This document shows, piece after piece, positions 1-9,000 of a DNA stretch of 64,000 nt; the stretch's first letter is position 1; each line of letters begins with the position of its first letter. Under the pieces are notes generated by a model, which saw nothing but the letters and a program-made list of their open reading frames with translations, was not told where the DNA came from and made no database searches. Made by a program: the position numbers and the translations under genes. The DNA comes from Rhabdothermincola salaria (lineage in GTDB: Bacteria > Actinomycetota > Acidimicrobiia > Acidimicrobiales > Acidimicrobilacustridaceae), in assembly GCF_021246445.1 (NCBI RefSeq), contig NZ_JAJQXW010000002.1:496001-560000 (forward strand), read 5' to 3'.

Positions 1-682
1 CACCGTCGATCGCGTGCTTGAGGCGGACGTAGCACTCGGCGAGCTGCTGAGCCGAGAGGTGGCCGACCACCTCGGCCGCCGCCCGGTACTCGTTCTCCAT
101 GCTGCCCCCGACGTCGATGCCGACCTGGGCCACCGCCGCCTCGGCCGCGTCCGGACCCCGCTGTTCCTCCACCGATGCCGCCAGCTGGACGACGAGGGCG
201 CGTAGGAAGGGCTCGCGGCCGAAGCCGCCATCGGGACGGGCCTCGTCGGGAGCGGGCAGGGCGTCGATGCGGTGGCGGGGGGGATCGAGGTCCGCGGCGG
301 TGGGCCGGTTGACGGGCAGGGTGGCGCTCACGTGGGAGCCGCGGTGGCTGCGGCGACGCACCGCCAGGCCCCGGGACAACCGATCGGCCAGGAACAGCCC
401 GCGGCCACCCACCGAGAGGTGGTCTTCGGGGAGGGCCGCCTGCAGGTCGAAGCCGGGGCCCAGGTCCTGGACGGAGAGCAGCGGGTTGGTGCCGCTCCAG
501 GTGAGCGACACCCAGGCCACGCCTTCGGTGTGGCGCTCGACGTTGGAGAGCAGCTCGGAGATGGTGATCTCCGCCCCGGCGAAGTCGTCGGCGGGGTCGC
601 CGTGGCGTTGCAGGTAGTCCATGACCTGGTGGCGGAGATCGGAGCCGGAGCCGGCGACCCGGGTGTCGAGGAACCACTCCAT
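1..682 (-). CDS. HATPase_c (RsbW/anti-sigma kinase-like) domain fused to a methanogen output domain 1 (MetOD1)-like domain; 3' end runs off the window
   Basis: Not in ORF track (no stop inside window). Translated by hand from ATG at 682: MEWFLDTRV...ISELLSNVERH...VQDLGPGF...GGRGLFLADRL (GHKL N, G1, G2 boxes), then FGREPFLRALVVQLA...VAQVGIDVGGSMENEY...ECYVRLKHAIDG (MetOD1-like). Confidence 0.72.
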   Translation of the reverse strand, partial: MEWFLDTRVAGSGSDLRHQVMDYLQRHGDPADDFAGAEITISELLSNVERHTEGVAWVSLTWSGTNPLLSVQDLGPGFDLQAALPEDHLSVGGRGLFLADRLSRGLAVRRRSHRGSHVSATLPVNRPTAADLDPPRHRIDALPAPDEARPDGGFGREPFLRALVVQLAASVEEQRGPDAAEAAVAQVGIDVGGSMENEYRAAAEVVGHLSAQQLAECYVRLKHAIDG

Positions 683-826
683 GAGTCGCCACGGTAGGCC
701 TGTCGCGCCCCTCCTCGTCGATCCACTCGGCGGTGCGGCGGGAGGTCGGCGACGTCCGGCTCGGCGCCTCTGCCAAACAGGCGTTAGGGTGATGCCGATC
801 ACCACGTCTGCTCGGAGGAGCTCGCC

Positions 827-1585
827 ATGGGGCAGTTCGACGGCAAAGTGGTCCTCGTCACGGGGGCCGCGTCAGGCATCGGACGAGCCTCGGTGCGGCT
901 CTTCGCCGGTGAGGGTGCCCAGGTCGTGGCAGCCGACATCGACCTCGACGGGGCCGAGCAGACTGCCGAGCTCGTGCGCGCGGCCGGGGGTGATGCGCTG
1001 GCCGTGCCGGTCGACGTGGCCGACAGCGCGGCGGTGGCCGAGATGGTGGCGCGCACCGTGGAGACCTACGGGCGTCTGGACGTGGCCCACAACAACGCCG
1101 GCATCATGGGCGCCGGCGCCGACGTCGCCGACATGGACGACGACGTGTGGCAGCGGGGCATCGACGTCATGCTCAGCGGCGTCTTCTACTGCATGAAGCA
1201 CGAGATCCCGCACCTCGAGGCCGCCGGCGGCGGTGCCATCGTGAACACCTCGTCAGGAGCCGGCCTCATCGGTTTCCCCGGCCAGGCCAACTACGTGGCG
1301 GCCAAGCACGGGGTCATCGGCCTCACCCGGTCGGTGGCCCTCGAGGTCATCGGCAAGGGCATCCGCGTCAACGCCATCTGTCCGGGCACCGCCCGCTCCC
1401 GCATGGTCGACGAGTGGATGCAGGGCAGCGCCGAGGCCGAGGCCGAGATCGCCGGCCTGCACCCCATCGGGCGCATCGCCGAGCCCGAGGAGATCGCCCA
1501 GGCCGCCGTCTGGCTGGCCTCCCCCGCCGCCTCGTTCGTGGTGGGCGTGGCCCTGCCCGTCGACGGCGGCTACACGGTCCCCTGA
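827..1585 (+). CDS. Short-chain dehydrogenase/reductase (classical SDR)
   Basis: TGAASGIG Rossmann motif, NNAGI, catalytic YVAAK, C-terminal VDGG; RBS GGAGGAG upstream. Confidence 0.95.
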   Translation: MGQFDGKVVLVTGAASGIGRASVRLFAGEGAQVVAADIDLDGAEQTAELVRAAGGDALAVPVDVADSAAVAEMVARTVETYGRLDVAHNNAGIMGAGADVADMDDDVWQRGIDVMLSGVFYCMKHEIPHLEAAGGGAIVNTSSGAGLIGFPGQANYVAAKHGVIGLTRSVALEVIGKGIRVNAICPGTARSRMVDEWMQGSAEAEAEIAGLHPIGRIAEPEEIAQAAVWLASPAASFVVGVALPVDGGYTVP

Positions 1586-1667
1586 CCGGCTGCCGCCCTG
1601 GCCCGCCCGGCAGCGCGCCGAGACCGACCATCCCCGCTCCATCCCTCCGTCTCACCCAGGAGTCCCC

Positions 1668-3131
1668 GTGACCTCGGAATCGCAGCAGATCCGCGAGCAG
1701 CTCGACCACCCGATCATCGATGCGGACGGCCACGTGCAGGAGTATCTGCCGGCCGCCATGCCCTACCTGCGCGAGGCGCTGGGGCCGAAGAAGTTCGAGG
1801 AGTACCGGGCCCAGACCAGCCAGCACGACAGCATCATCGGTGGCCACGACTGGGAGCGCCGTCAGCGCACCCGCACACCGCAGAGCGCCTGGTGGGGCAC
1901 GCCGGGCAACACCCGCGACCTCGCCACGGCCGCCATCCCGGGCCTGCTGCACGAGCGCATGGACGAGTTCGGCATCGACTACTCGATCCTCTTCCCGTCC
2001 AAGGCCCTCGGCATCGCCGGCCACGACGACGACGAGATGCGCAACGGCCTGTGCCGGGGGTTCAACGACTTCCTCTTCGACACCTACCGGCCCTACGCCG
2101 ACCGGCTCACCGCCGGTGCGGTGATCCCGATGCACACGCCCGACGAGGCGTTGGTCGAGCTCGACCGTTGCGCGGCCAACGGCGTCAAGGTGGTGAGCTT
2201 CCCCGAGGGGGTGCTGCGGCCCATCGAGGAGCCGGGAGCGGCCTCGCCGTGGTTGCTGCCCGGCCAGACCCACTGGTTCGACACGTTCGGCCTCGACAGC
2301 GCCCACGACTACGACCCGGTGTGGGCCAAGTGCGTGGAGCACGGGTTCGCGGTCACCTTCCACGGCGGTCTGGGCGACCTCGCTCCCTTCACGTTCACCT
2401 CGATCAGCAGCTACGTCTACAACCACATCGGGTTCTTCGCCGAGCGCATGAACCGGCTCTGCAAGAGCCTCTTCATGGGTGGTGTCACCAACCGCTTCCC
2501 GACCCTCAACATCGCCTTCCTCGAGTGCGGCGTGGGGTGGGCGTCCAGCTTGCTCATCGACTTCATCGAGCACTGGGAGAAGCGCAACCTCGAAGCGCTC
2601 GAAGGCAACCTCGACCCGGCCCTGGTCGACCTCGACGAGTTCGAGCGGCTCATGACCTCCTACGGCGCCGACCTGCTGGTCAAGGCGGGCGACGTCGACG
2701 TGAAGGCCACCCTGCGCGACATGATCGCGGTCGGGGTCGAGCCGCCCCACCGTGACGAGTTCCGCTTCATGGGCATCGAGAAGAAGTCCGACATCCGCGA
2801 CAAGTTCGTGCCCCGGTTCTTCTTCGGCTGCGAGGCCGACGACCGGGCCATCGCCTTCGCCTTCTCCGAGGCCAACGCCTTCGGCGCCCGCCTCCAGCCC
2901 ATCTTCAGCTCGGACCTGGCCCACTGGGACGTCGAGGACATGGCCGGCGTGGTCGACGAGGCGCACGGCCTCGTGCGCAAGGGGTTGCTCACCGACGCCG
3001 ACTTCGCCGACTTCACGTTCCACAACCCGGTGAAGCTCTTCACCCAGGGCAACCCGGGGTTCTTCGACGGCACCGTCGTCGAGTCGGCCGCCCGCAAGGC
3101 CATCGAGTCGGGAGCGGTCTCCACCGCCTGA
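1668..3131 (+). CDS. Amidohydrolase family protein (Amidohydro_2-type metal-dependent hydrolase)
   Basis: IIDADGH metal motif, VTFHGG, AFLECGVGW, FSSDLAHWD; RBS AGGAG. Confidence 0.9.
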   Translation: MTSESQQIREQLDHPIIDADGHVQEYLPAAMPYLREALGPKKFEEYRAQTSQHDSIIGGHDWERRQRTRTPQSAWWGTPGNTRDLATAAIPGLLHERMDEFGIDYSILFPSKALGIAGHDDDEMRNGLCRGFNDFLFDTYRPYADRLTAGAVIPMHTPDEALVELDRCAANGVKVVSFPEGVLRPIEEPGAASPWLLPGQTHWFDTFGLDSAHDYDPVWAKCVEHGFAVTFHGGLGDLAPFTFTSISSYVYNHIGFFAERMNRLCKSLFMGGVTNRFPTLNIAFLECGVGWASSLLIDFIEHWEKRNLEALEGNLDPALVDLDEFERLMTSYGADLLVKAGDVDVKATLRDMIAVGVEPPHRDEFRFMGIEKKSDIRDKFVPRFFFGCEADDRAIAFAFSEANAFGARLQPIFSSDLAHWDVEDMAGVVDEAHGLVRKGLLTDADFADFTFHNPVKLFTQGNPGFFDGTVVESAARKAIESGAVSTA

Positions 3132-3195
3132 TCCAGCGCCGCGCCCCGAAGGCGGGATGTGGGAGCATCGGATTCTGGACGACACGGCGGGAAGC

Positions 3196-5931
3196 ATGAG
3201 CAGCGACGATGAGCCGACCCACCACGGCGGAGGGGTTGCCCTGCTGGGCCGCCACGTCGTGACGGCGGAGCTGGCCGCGGGATGGCAGCGCACGCAGGCG
3301 GGCGGCGGGCAGGTCGTCGTCGTCGTCGCCGATGCGGCGATGGGCAAGTCCAGCCTCCTGCGCTGGCTCCGGGCTCACATCGGTCCCGATGGGGGGACCG
3401 TCGTGGAGGTGGTTGGGCGCGGCGGCGACCTCGCCCGTCCGCTGTCGTCGTTGGGTGAGCTCCTGGGGCGACTCCCGGACGCCGATCCCTTCGTCGCCCG
3501 CCTGGACGCGGTCGACGAGGTCGATCCGATCGTCGCCGGCCACGTCCTGCGCGAGGCGCTCGAGAGCGCGGCGCGCCTCCGACCGTTGGTTGTGCTGGTG
3601 GACGACGTCCACGACATGGACCCGGCCAGTCGCACGGCGGTGAACCTGGCCCTGAGGGGCGCCGTCGCCCCATGCCTGCTGGCCGTGGCGGCCGGCCGAC
3701 CCACCGACGCGGTGATGGCCTTTGCCGAGGGCTTCCGGACCCTCCGAGTGGAGGGCTTGGAGGATGCCGACGCCCGCCGGTTGCTGCTGGCATCGGCATC
3801 GACGCAGGTGGCCGATGCGGTCCTGGTGCGCCTCCTGGAGGTCTCGCAGGGGAACCCCTTGGCCTTGCGGTCCCTGCCCGACCACCTCGAGCCGGGACAC
3901 CTCGACGGCACGCAGCTCCTTCCCGAGCCGATCCCGGTGGCGGGCGACCTCCGCGATGCCTTCGAGCGACCGCTCGCCTCGCTCACCCCTCCGGCGCGTG
4001 AGCTGATCGAGCTGGCGGCCGTGAGCGCCGACGGGTCGATGGCGGTCATCGGGGCAGCCGTGCCCGGATCGATCGACGAGCTCGTGGCCGAGGTGGAGGC
4101 CGCCGGTCTCGGACACCTCGACGACGGTCGCCTCGTGTTCACCCACCCGCTGGTGCGTTCCGCGGCGGTGGTGGCGATGTCGCGGCGCCGTCGCCGAGAG
4201 CTGAACGGTCGCCTGGCGGAGGTCGCGCAGATCCCGGTCGAGACCCGTCTGCTGCACCGGGCGCACAGCATCCTCGGCCCGGACGAGGTGCTGGTCGACG
4301 CACTCGAGGACGCGGCGCGGCGCCAACGGGCTCGCGGAGGGGCCGAGGGCGCCGCCCGTCTCCTCGAGCGAGCCGTCGCCCTCTCGGGCGACGCCGACCG
4401 GTGCCAGAGGATGCGCATCGACTCCGCCGACGTGCTCGCCGTGTCCGGCAGCCACCTCGCGGCGCGCCGTCAGCTCGAGACCGTTCACGACGGGCCCGAG
4501 GACAGGGTCGGGGCGGCGCGGTGGCGGGCGATGGCCTCGATCCGGCTGGCCCGCATCGAGGCGTTGAACGGCGATCCGCTCGGCGCCTGGCAGCGGCTGC
4601 GGGAGTGCGTGGCGGTCGCCCCGGAGGCCGAGGTCGGGGTCGTCCACTCCACGATGGCCGTTCCGCTGGGGATGCTGGGCCTGGTCCGCGAGATCGAGGT
4701 CCAGGCCGCGCTCGCCATCGAGCACACCGAGCCCGGGACGGTGCCCCGCCACGTGGCGGACGTGGTGCACGCCCACGCCGTCGGAGCGACGGCGGAGGGT
4801 CGTGGTCGGCACCTCGTGGAGGCCCTCCCCGAGATCGACCTGCTGGACGCGCTCGACCACGATCCTCAGCTGGGCCTTCACCTCGGTCGCTCGTTCGGTC
4901 TGGCCGAGCGGATCGACGACGGCGTCGAGGCGCTGACGGCGCTGGCTGCCCGGGGCCGGGGTGAGCGGGCCCGGGCCTCGCTGGCCATGACCTACGGCAC
5001 CTTGGGCGAGCTGCACGTCCGGGGTTGCCGCTACGACGAGGCGATCGCCAACCTCGACGAGGCGTTGGTGCTGAGCCTGGCGACCGGGCAGCGGGCGTTC
5101 GCGCCGTTCTGGTTCGCGCTCAGGGCCCGGGTTCGCTCCGTGCGCGGGGACCACGACGGGGCCAAGGCCGACCTCGACGCCGGTCTGGGCATCGCCGACG
5201 AGCTCACCCTCCTGGGGGCGCGGTACTTCCTCCTGGGGGCGGCAGGGATGGACGCCCTCACCCGGGACGCCCCGGCCGAGGCGGTCGGGTTCCTCGAGGA
5301 GTGCCGCTTCTTCGAGAACGCTGGTGGGGTCCTGTCCCCCAACCTCGGACGGTGGCGCCCCGACCTGGTGAGCGCCCACCTGGCACGCGGTGACGACGAC
5401 CTGGCGTCGGAGGTGCTGGGGCCGCTGACCGACGCCGCAGCTGCGCCGGGGGCGAGCCGATGGACGCGTGGTTCGGCCGCATGGTCGGCCGGCTTGGTCG
5501 CTGCCCGCCGAGACCCGGTCGCGGGTGACCGGCTGCTGCAGGAGGCGGTCGAGATCCTCGACCCCGTGGCCGACTGCTTCGACCGCGCTCGTGCGCTGCT
5601 CGACCTGGCCCGGCTCCGGAGTCGTCGGGGTACGGCGGCCTCCGAGGAGGTGGCGGCGGAAGCCCGCTACGCCTTCCGTCGCCTCGGCTCGGTCCCCTGG
5701 GAGGACAAGGTCGCCGTCCATCGGCGAGCCGATGGTGCCGGCGGGATCGCGGAGCTGAGCCCGGCGGAGCTGCGGGTGCTGTCGGCGGTCAGCCGCGGGG
5801 CCACCAACCAGCAGATCGCGGTGCAGCTGGGGGTGAGCCCCAAGACGGTGGCCAACCACCTCTCGGCGATCTACCGGAAGCTGTCGGTGTCGTCGAGGAC
5901 CGAAGCCGCACACCGCTATCTCGACCGCTGA
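3196..5931 (+). CDS. LAL-type regulator: N-terminal AAA/STAND ATPase, helical linker, C-terminal LuxR HTH (copy A); alternative start 3157
   Basis: Walker A ADAAMGKS, Walker B VLVDDVHDMD, SQGNPLAL, FTHPLVRSA, C-terminal LSPAELRVL...GATNQQIAVQLGVSPKTVANHLSAIYRKLSVSSR. Confidence 0.92.
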   Translation: MSSDDEPTHHGGGVALLGRHVVTAELAAGWQRTQAGGGQVVVVVADAAMGKSSLLRWLRAHIGPDGGTVVEVVGRGGDLARPLSSLGELLGRLPDADPFVARLDAVDEVDPIVAGHVLREALESAARLRPLVVLVDDVHDMDPASRTAVNLALRGAVAPCLLAVAAGRPTDAVMAFAEGFRTLRVEGLEDADARRLLLASASTQVADAVLVRLLEVSQGNPLALRSLPDHLEPGHLDGTQLLPEPIPVAGDLRDAFERPLASLTPPARELIELAAVSADGSMAVIGAAVPGSIDELVAEVEAAGLGHLDDGRLVFTHPLVRSAAVVAMSRRRRRELNGRLAEVAQIPVETRLLHRAHSILGPDEVLVDALEDAARRQRARGGAEGAARLLERAVALSGDADRCQRMRIDSADVLAVSGSHLAARRQLETVHDGPEDRVGAARWRAMASIRLARIEALNGDPLGAWQRLRECVAVAPEAEVGVVHSTMAVPLGMLGLVREIEVQAALAIEHTEPGTVPRHVADVVHAHAVGATAEGRGRHLVEALPEIDLLDALDHDPQLGLHLGRSFGLAERIDDGVEALTALAARGRGERARASLAMTYGTLGELHVRGCRYDEAIANLDEALVLSLATGQRAFAPFWFALRARVRSVRGDHDGAKADLDAGLGIADELTLLGARYFLLGAAGMDALTRDAPAEAVGFLEECRFFENAGGVLSPNLGRWRPDLVSAHLARGDDDLASEVLGPLTDAAAAPGASRWTRGSAAWSAGLVAARRDPVAGDRLLQEAVEILDPVADCFDRARALLDLARLRSRRGTAASEEVAAEARYAFRRLGSVPWEDKVAVHRRADGAGGIAELSPAELRVLSAVSRGATNQQIAVQLGVSPKTVANHLSAIYRKLSVSSRTEAAHRYLDR

Positions 5932-5990
5932 CGCGCTCCTCGCCGGAGCGGCGCCGATCACCCGCCTCGTCGCCGGCGGGGGTCGCGATG

Positions 5991-6013
5991 CGGGAGTCGG
6001 GAGTCGGGAGTCG
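5991..6013. repeat. Short tandem repeat (CGGGAGT)x3 just upstream of the giant-protein-A promoter
   Basis: CGGGAGT CGGGAGT CGGGAGT CG read directly. Confidence 0.8.
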
Positions 6014-6014
6014 C

Positions 6015-6059
6015 TAGGTGATATGTCCTACTGACCGGGTCGAGCGCGCTCCGTAGCTT
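6015..6059 (+). promoter_or_regulatory. Putative operator palindrome + sigma70-type promoter of giant protein A
   Basis: TAGG-TGATATGT-CCTA (6015-6030) abuts -35 CTGACC (6031-6036), 17-bp spacer, -10 TAGCTT (6054-6059), 8 nt to GTG at 6068; same geometry at 40502-40554. Confidence 0.65.
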
Positions 6060-6067
6060 TTGTTGCC

Positions 6068-9000
6068 GTGGAGATCCTGGGCGGAGAAGGACTGATCGCA
6101 CGCGCACCGAGAGGGCGGGTGCGACTCTGGTGGGCGGTGGCCATGGCGGTGGTGGTGGCCGCGGCCGCGACCGGGGTGGCGGCGATCGTCGGCGCCGACG
6201 AACCGGTGTGGGACGCCGAGGACGTGCTGGTCGTCGCGGCGGTCGACGTCGACACCACGAGCGGGTCGCGAGCGGTGAGCGTGACGTGGCCGACCCCCGG
6301 GGGCACGATCGACGGCTTCGAGCTGCTCCGCGACGGTGCCGTCGTGGCCACGGCCGGCGGTGATGCGCGCGCGCTGGTCGATCCTGCCGCGCCCGAGGGC
6401 GGAGACATGGCCTACTCGGTGCGGGCCATGGCCGAGGGGAGGGAGCTGGCCGAGCTCCGAGGCCCGGAGGTCCGGATCACGGCGGACACCCTGGACTGCA
6501 CCATCACCTGGACCGGTGCCGCCGGCGACGGGTGGGGTGACGATCGGAACTGGGCTCCCGTGCTGGTCGATGCCAAGGGGGATCCGACCCTGCGCAGCCC
6601 CGGGCCCGCCGACGCGGCGTGCGTCGAGGCCAACCACAACCTGCCGATCAGCATCTCGGAGAAGGAGCCGGCCGTGGGTTCGCTCGCCGCTCCGGCTGGA
6701 TCGGCCGCGGCCGGGCCGTTGCGCATGGTCGACGGCGGCGGGCTCGAGGTGCTGGGGTCCTTCGACGCGCGGAACCTCCGGATCGATGGCGGGGACCTGG
6801 CGTTGCGGGCCGGCGGCGTGATCAGGGCGACCTCGACGGTGGACCTGTCGTTGCGGGGTGGCTCGCTCGACATCACCGGCACCCTGGCGGTGACCAACGG
6901 CCTGAACGGCGACGTCCGGGTGTACGACGGGGCCGTCGTCTCTCTGCACGGCGGTCGACTCCTCGTCGACGAGCTCACCATCGGGCCCCCTCGGATCGGC
7001 CTGCCCGCCGACGCCTCGCTCGTGGCCAGCGGGGGCCACGTGCTCGAGGCCTCGCGCACCTCCGTCAACGGTCGAGGCGATCTGTCCGTGGCCGGCGACG
7101 GCGGGACGCTACGCACTGGTTCGCTCGACGTGTGGCGCAACGACGGCGACGGGCGCACCTCCGTGGCCTGGGCGGTCGGTGGCGTGGGCGATGCGCTGAC
7201 CCCGGACTCGATCCGCTCGCGTGCCGACAACGAGCTCGTCCTCGGCGACCTGCTGGCGATCGACGCCGGTGACGACGTCCTCGAGGGCGTCGAGCTCGAC
7301 GTCGAGGGCCGTCTCGTGCTGGGCGAGAAGGTCGGGGCCATCGGCGACCTGACCCTCCAGGGCCCTGACGCCGAGCTCCTCACCGGCGGGTCGGCGGTAC
7401 CGAACGCCGGCGTCGAGCACGTGGACCGTCTGAACGTGTGGTCCACTTCGACGGTCTGGCCGGGCGACCTGTCCAGTGAAGCGATCAGCCTCGACGACGC
7501 CGAGCTGTCCGTGCAGGGCGCTCTCACCGACGGGCCGGCGGACGGGTTCGAGCTGGAGATGCGCAGATCCACGCTGCGGGTCGGCGACCCGCTGGTGATC
7601 CCGCCCGGGCGGGAGCTGGCGCTGTACTTCGGGCCCTCGGTCTTCGACGGCGACCTCGTGCTCGACGGTCGGCTCCCTCTCGACCAGGCGATCGACGGGA
7701 CCGAGTTCCCCTCGCTCACCGTCTCGGGTGATGTCCAGGTCCGCGACGGGGGCGAGATCACCCTGCTCCACGGCCAGGACGCACTCGAGGTCCAGGGCCG
7801 TCTCACCGTCGACCCGGATGGCGTGATCAGCGTGTGGCTGGACGAGGCACCCGATGGCCCCGTGCTGCTCGTGCCCGCCGGTGGGGCGGTGGCCGATCCT
7901 CGATCGATCGCGCTCACCGGTCCGGGCGCCGACAAGGCCGTCGTCGAGGTGCGCAACGATGGTCTCTGGGCCGTGCCCGGCGACCCCGGCGACCCCGGCG
8001 ACCCGGGCGACCCGGGTGATCCGGGTGATCCGGGTGATCCGGGTGATCCGGGTGATCCGGGTGATCCGGGTGATCCGGGTGATCCGGGTGAGAAGTGCAC
8101 CGAGGCCCTCCCCGGGGTCCTGGGCCTGTCGTTGACCGGGTGCTGGAGCGACCGCGGCGAGGGCGTCTACGCCGCCGGCGTGGCGGTGGCCCCGGACGGG
8201 GATCTGCCCGGCATCGGAGGGATCGTGTTCGAGCCCTCGGCGGGGGTCGAGCTCCTGCTCGACCTGTCCGAGCCCACCCAGCCTCGCCTCCGTTCGGTGC
8301 TGTCGGCCGACGAGTCCCAGCTCGGCGACACCTCGGTCACGGTCCCGCTGATCGGGCGCGACGGCGGCGACGTGGATGGTGCGTCGTTCCCCGCCTCCGA
8401 CGGCTCGTCCATCGATCTGGGGACCTTCGGCGTCGACTGGCGCCTGGACCAGCCCATCGACCTCGCCTCCGTCGCCGACCTGTTCGGGCTCCCGCTGCCG
8501 GACGGCATGACCCTCCAGGTCGTGAACGACGCCTGGCTCCTCGGCGCGCCGATCCCGTTGCCGGCGGTGGTCGGTGGCCAGACGGCGGACTTCGCGGCGG
8601 TGATCAGCGACCTGGGCATCGATCCGGCCGACCTCTCCCTCGAGGGGATCGAGGACGCCGTGTTCGCCGAGCTGGCCGCCCTCCAGGACCTGGCCCTCAC
8701 CTGGGCGGGCGACACCACCTGGCGCATCGTCTCGGCCATCGGCGATCCCTTCGCCATCGACGGTGAGCTCGACTACGACGGGGACCTGACGGCGGGCACC
8801 CTGGTCGTGTCCGGCCTGAGCGTGGCCGGCCTCGGTGATCCCGACGCCACCGTCACCCTCGAGTTCGACCGGTCCCAGGGCCGGTGGTCCGGCCAGTACG
8901 AGGTGGCCGACGGCCAGAGGGTGGACGTCGAGCTCGACACCGACGGCACCTCGCTGGTGGGCGGCACCGTGGCCCTCGCCGACGTCGCGTTCGGCCTGGC

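Noticed and set aside
3196..5931. STAND ATPases as Avs-type antiphage proteins
   Set aside because: C-terminal LuxR HTH and no nuclease/effector domain indicate LAL transcriptional regulators.
7976..8089. 9-bp tandem arrays (also 16001-16150, 42481-42588, 50506-50619) as possible CRISPR or iteron arrays
   Set aside because: No unique spacers, unit is 9 bp, in frame within CDS, no cas or rep genes.
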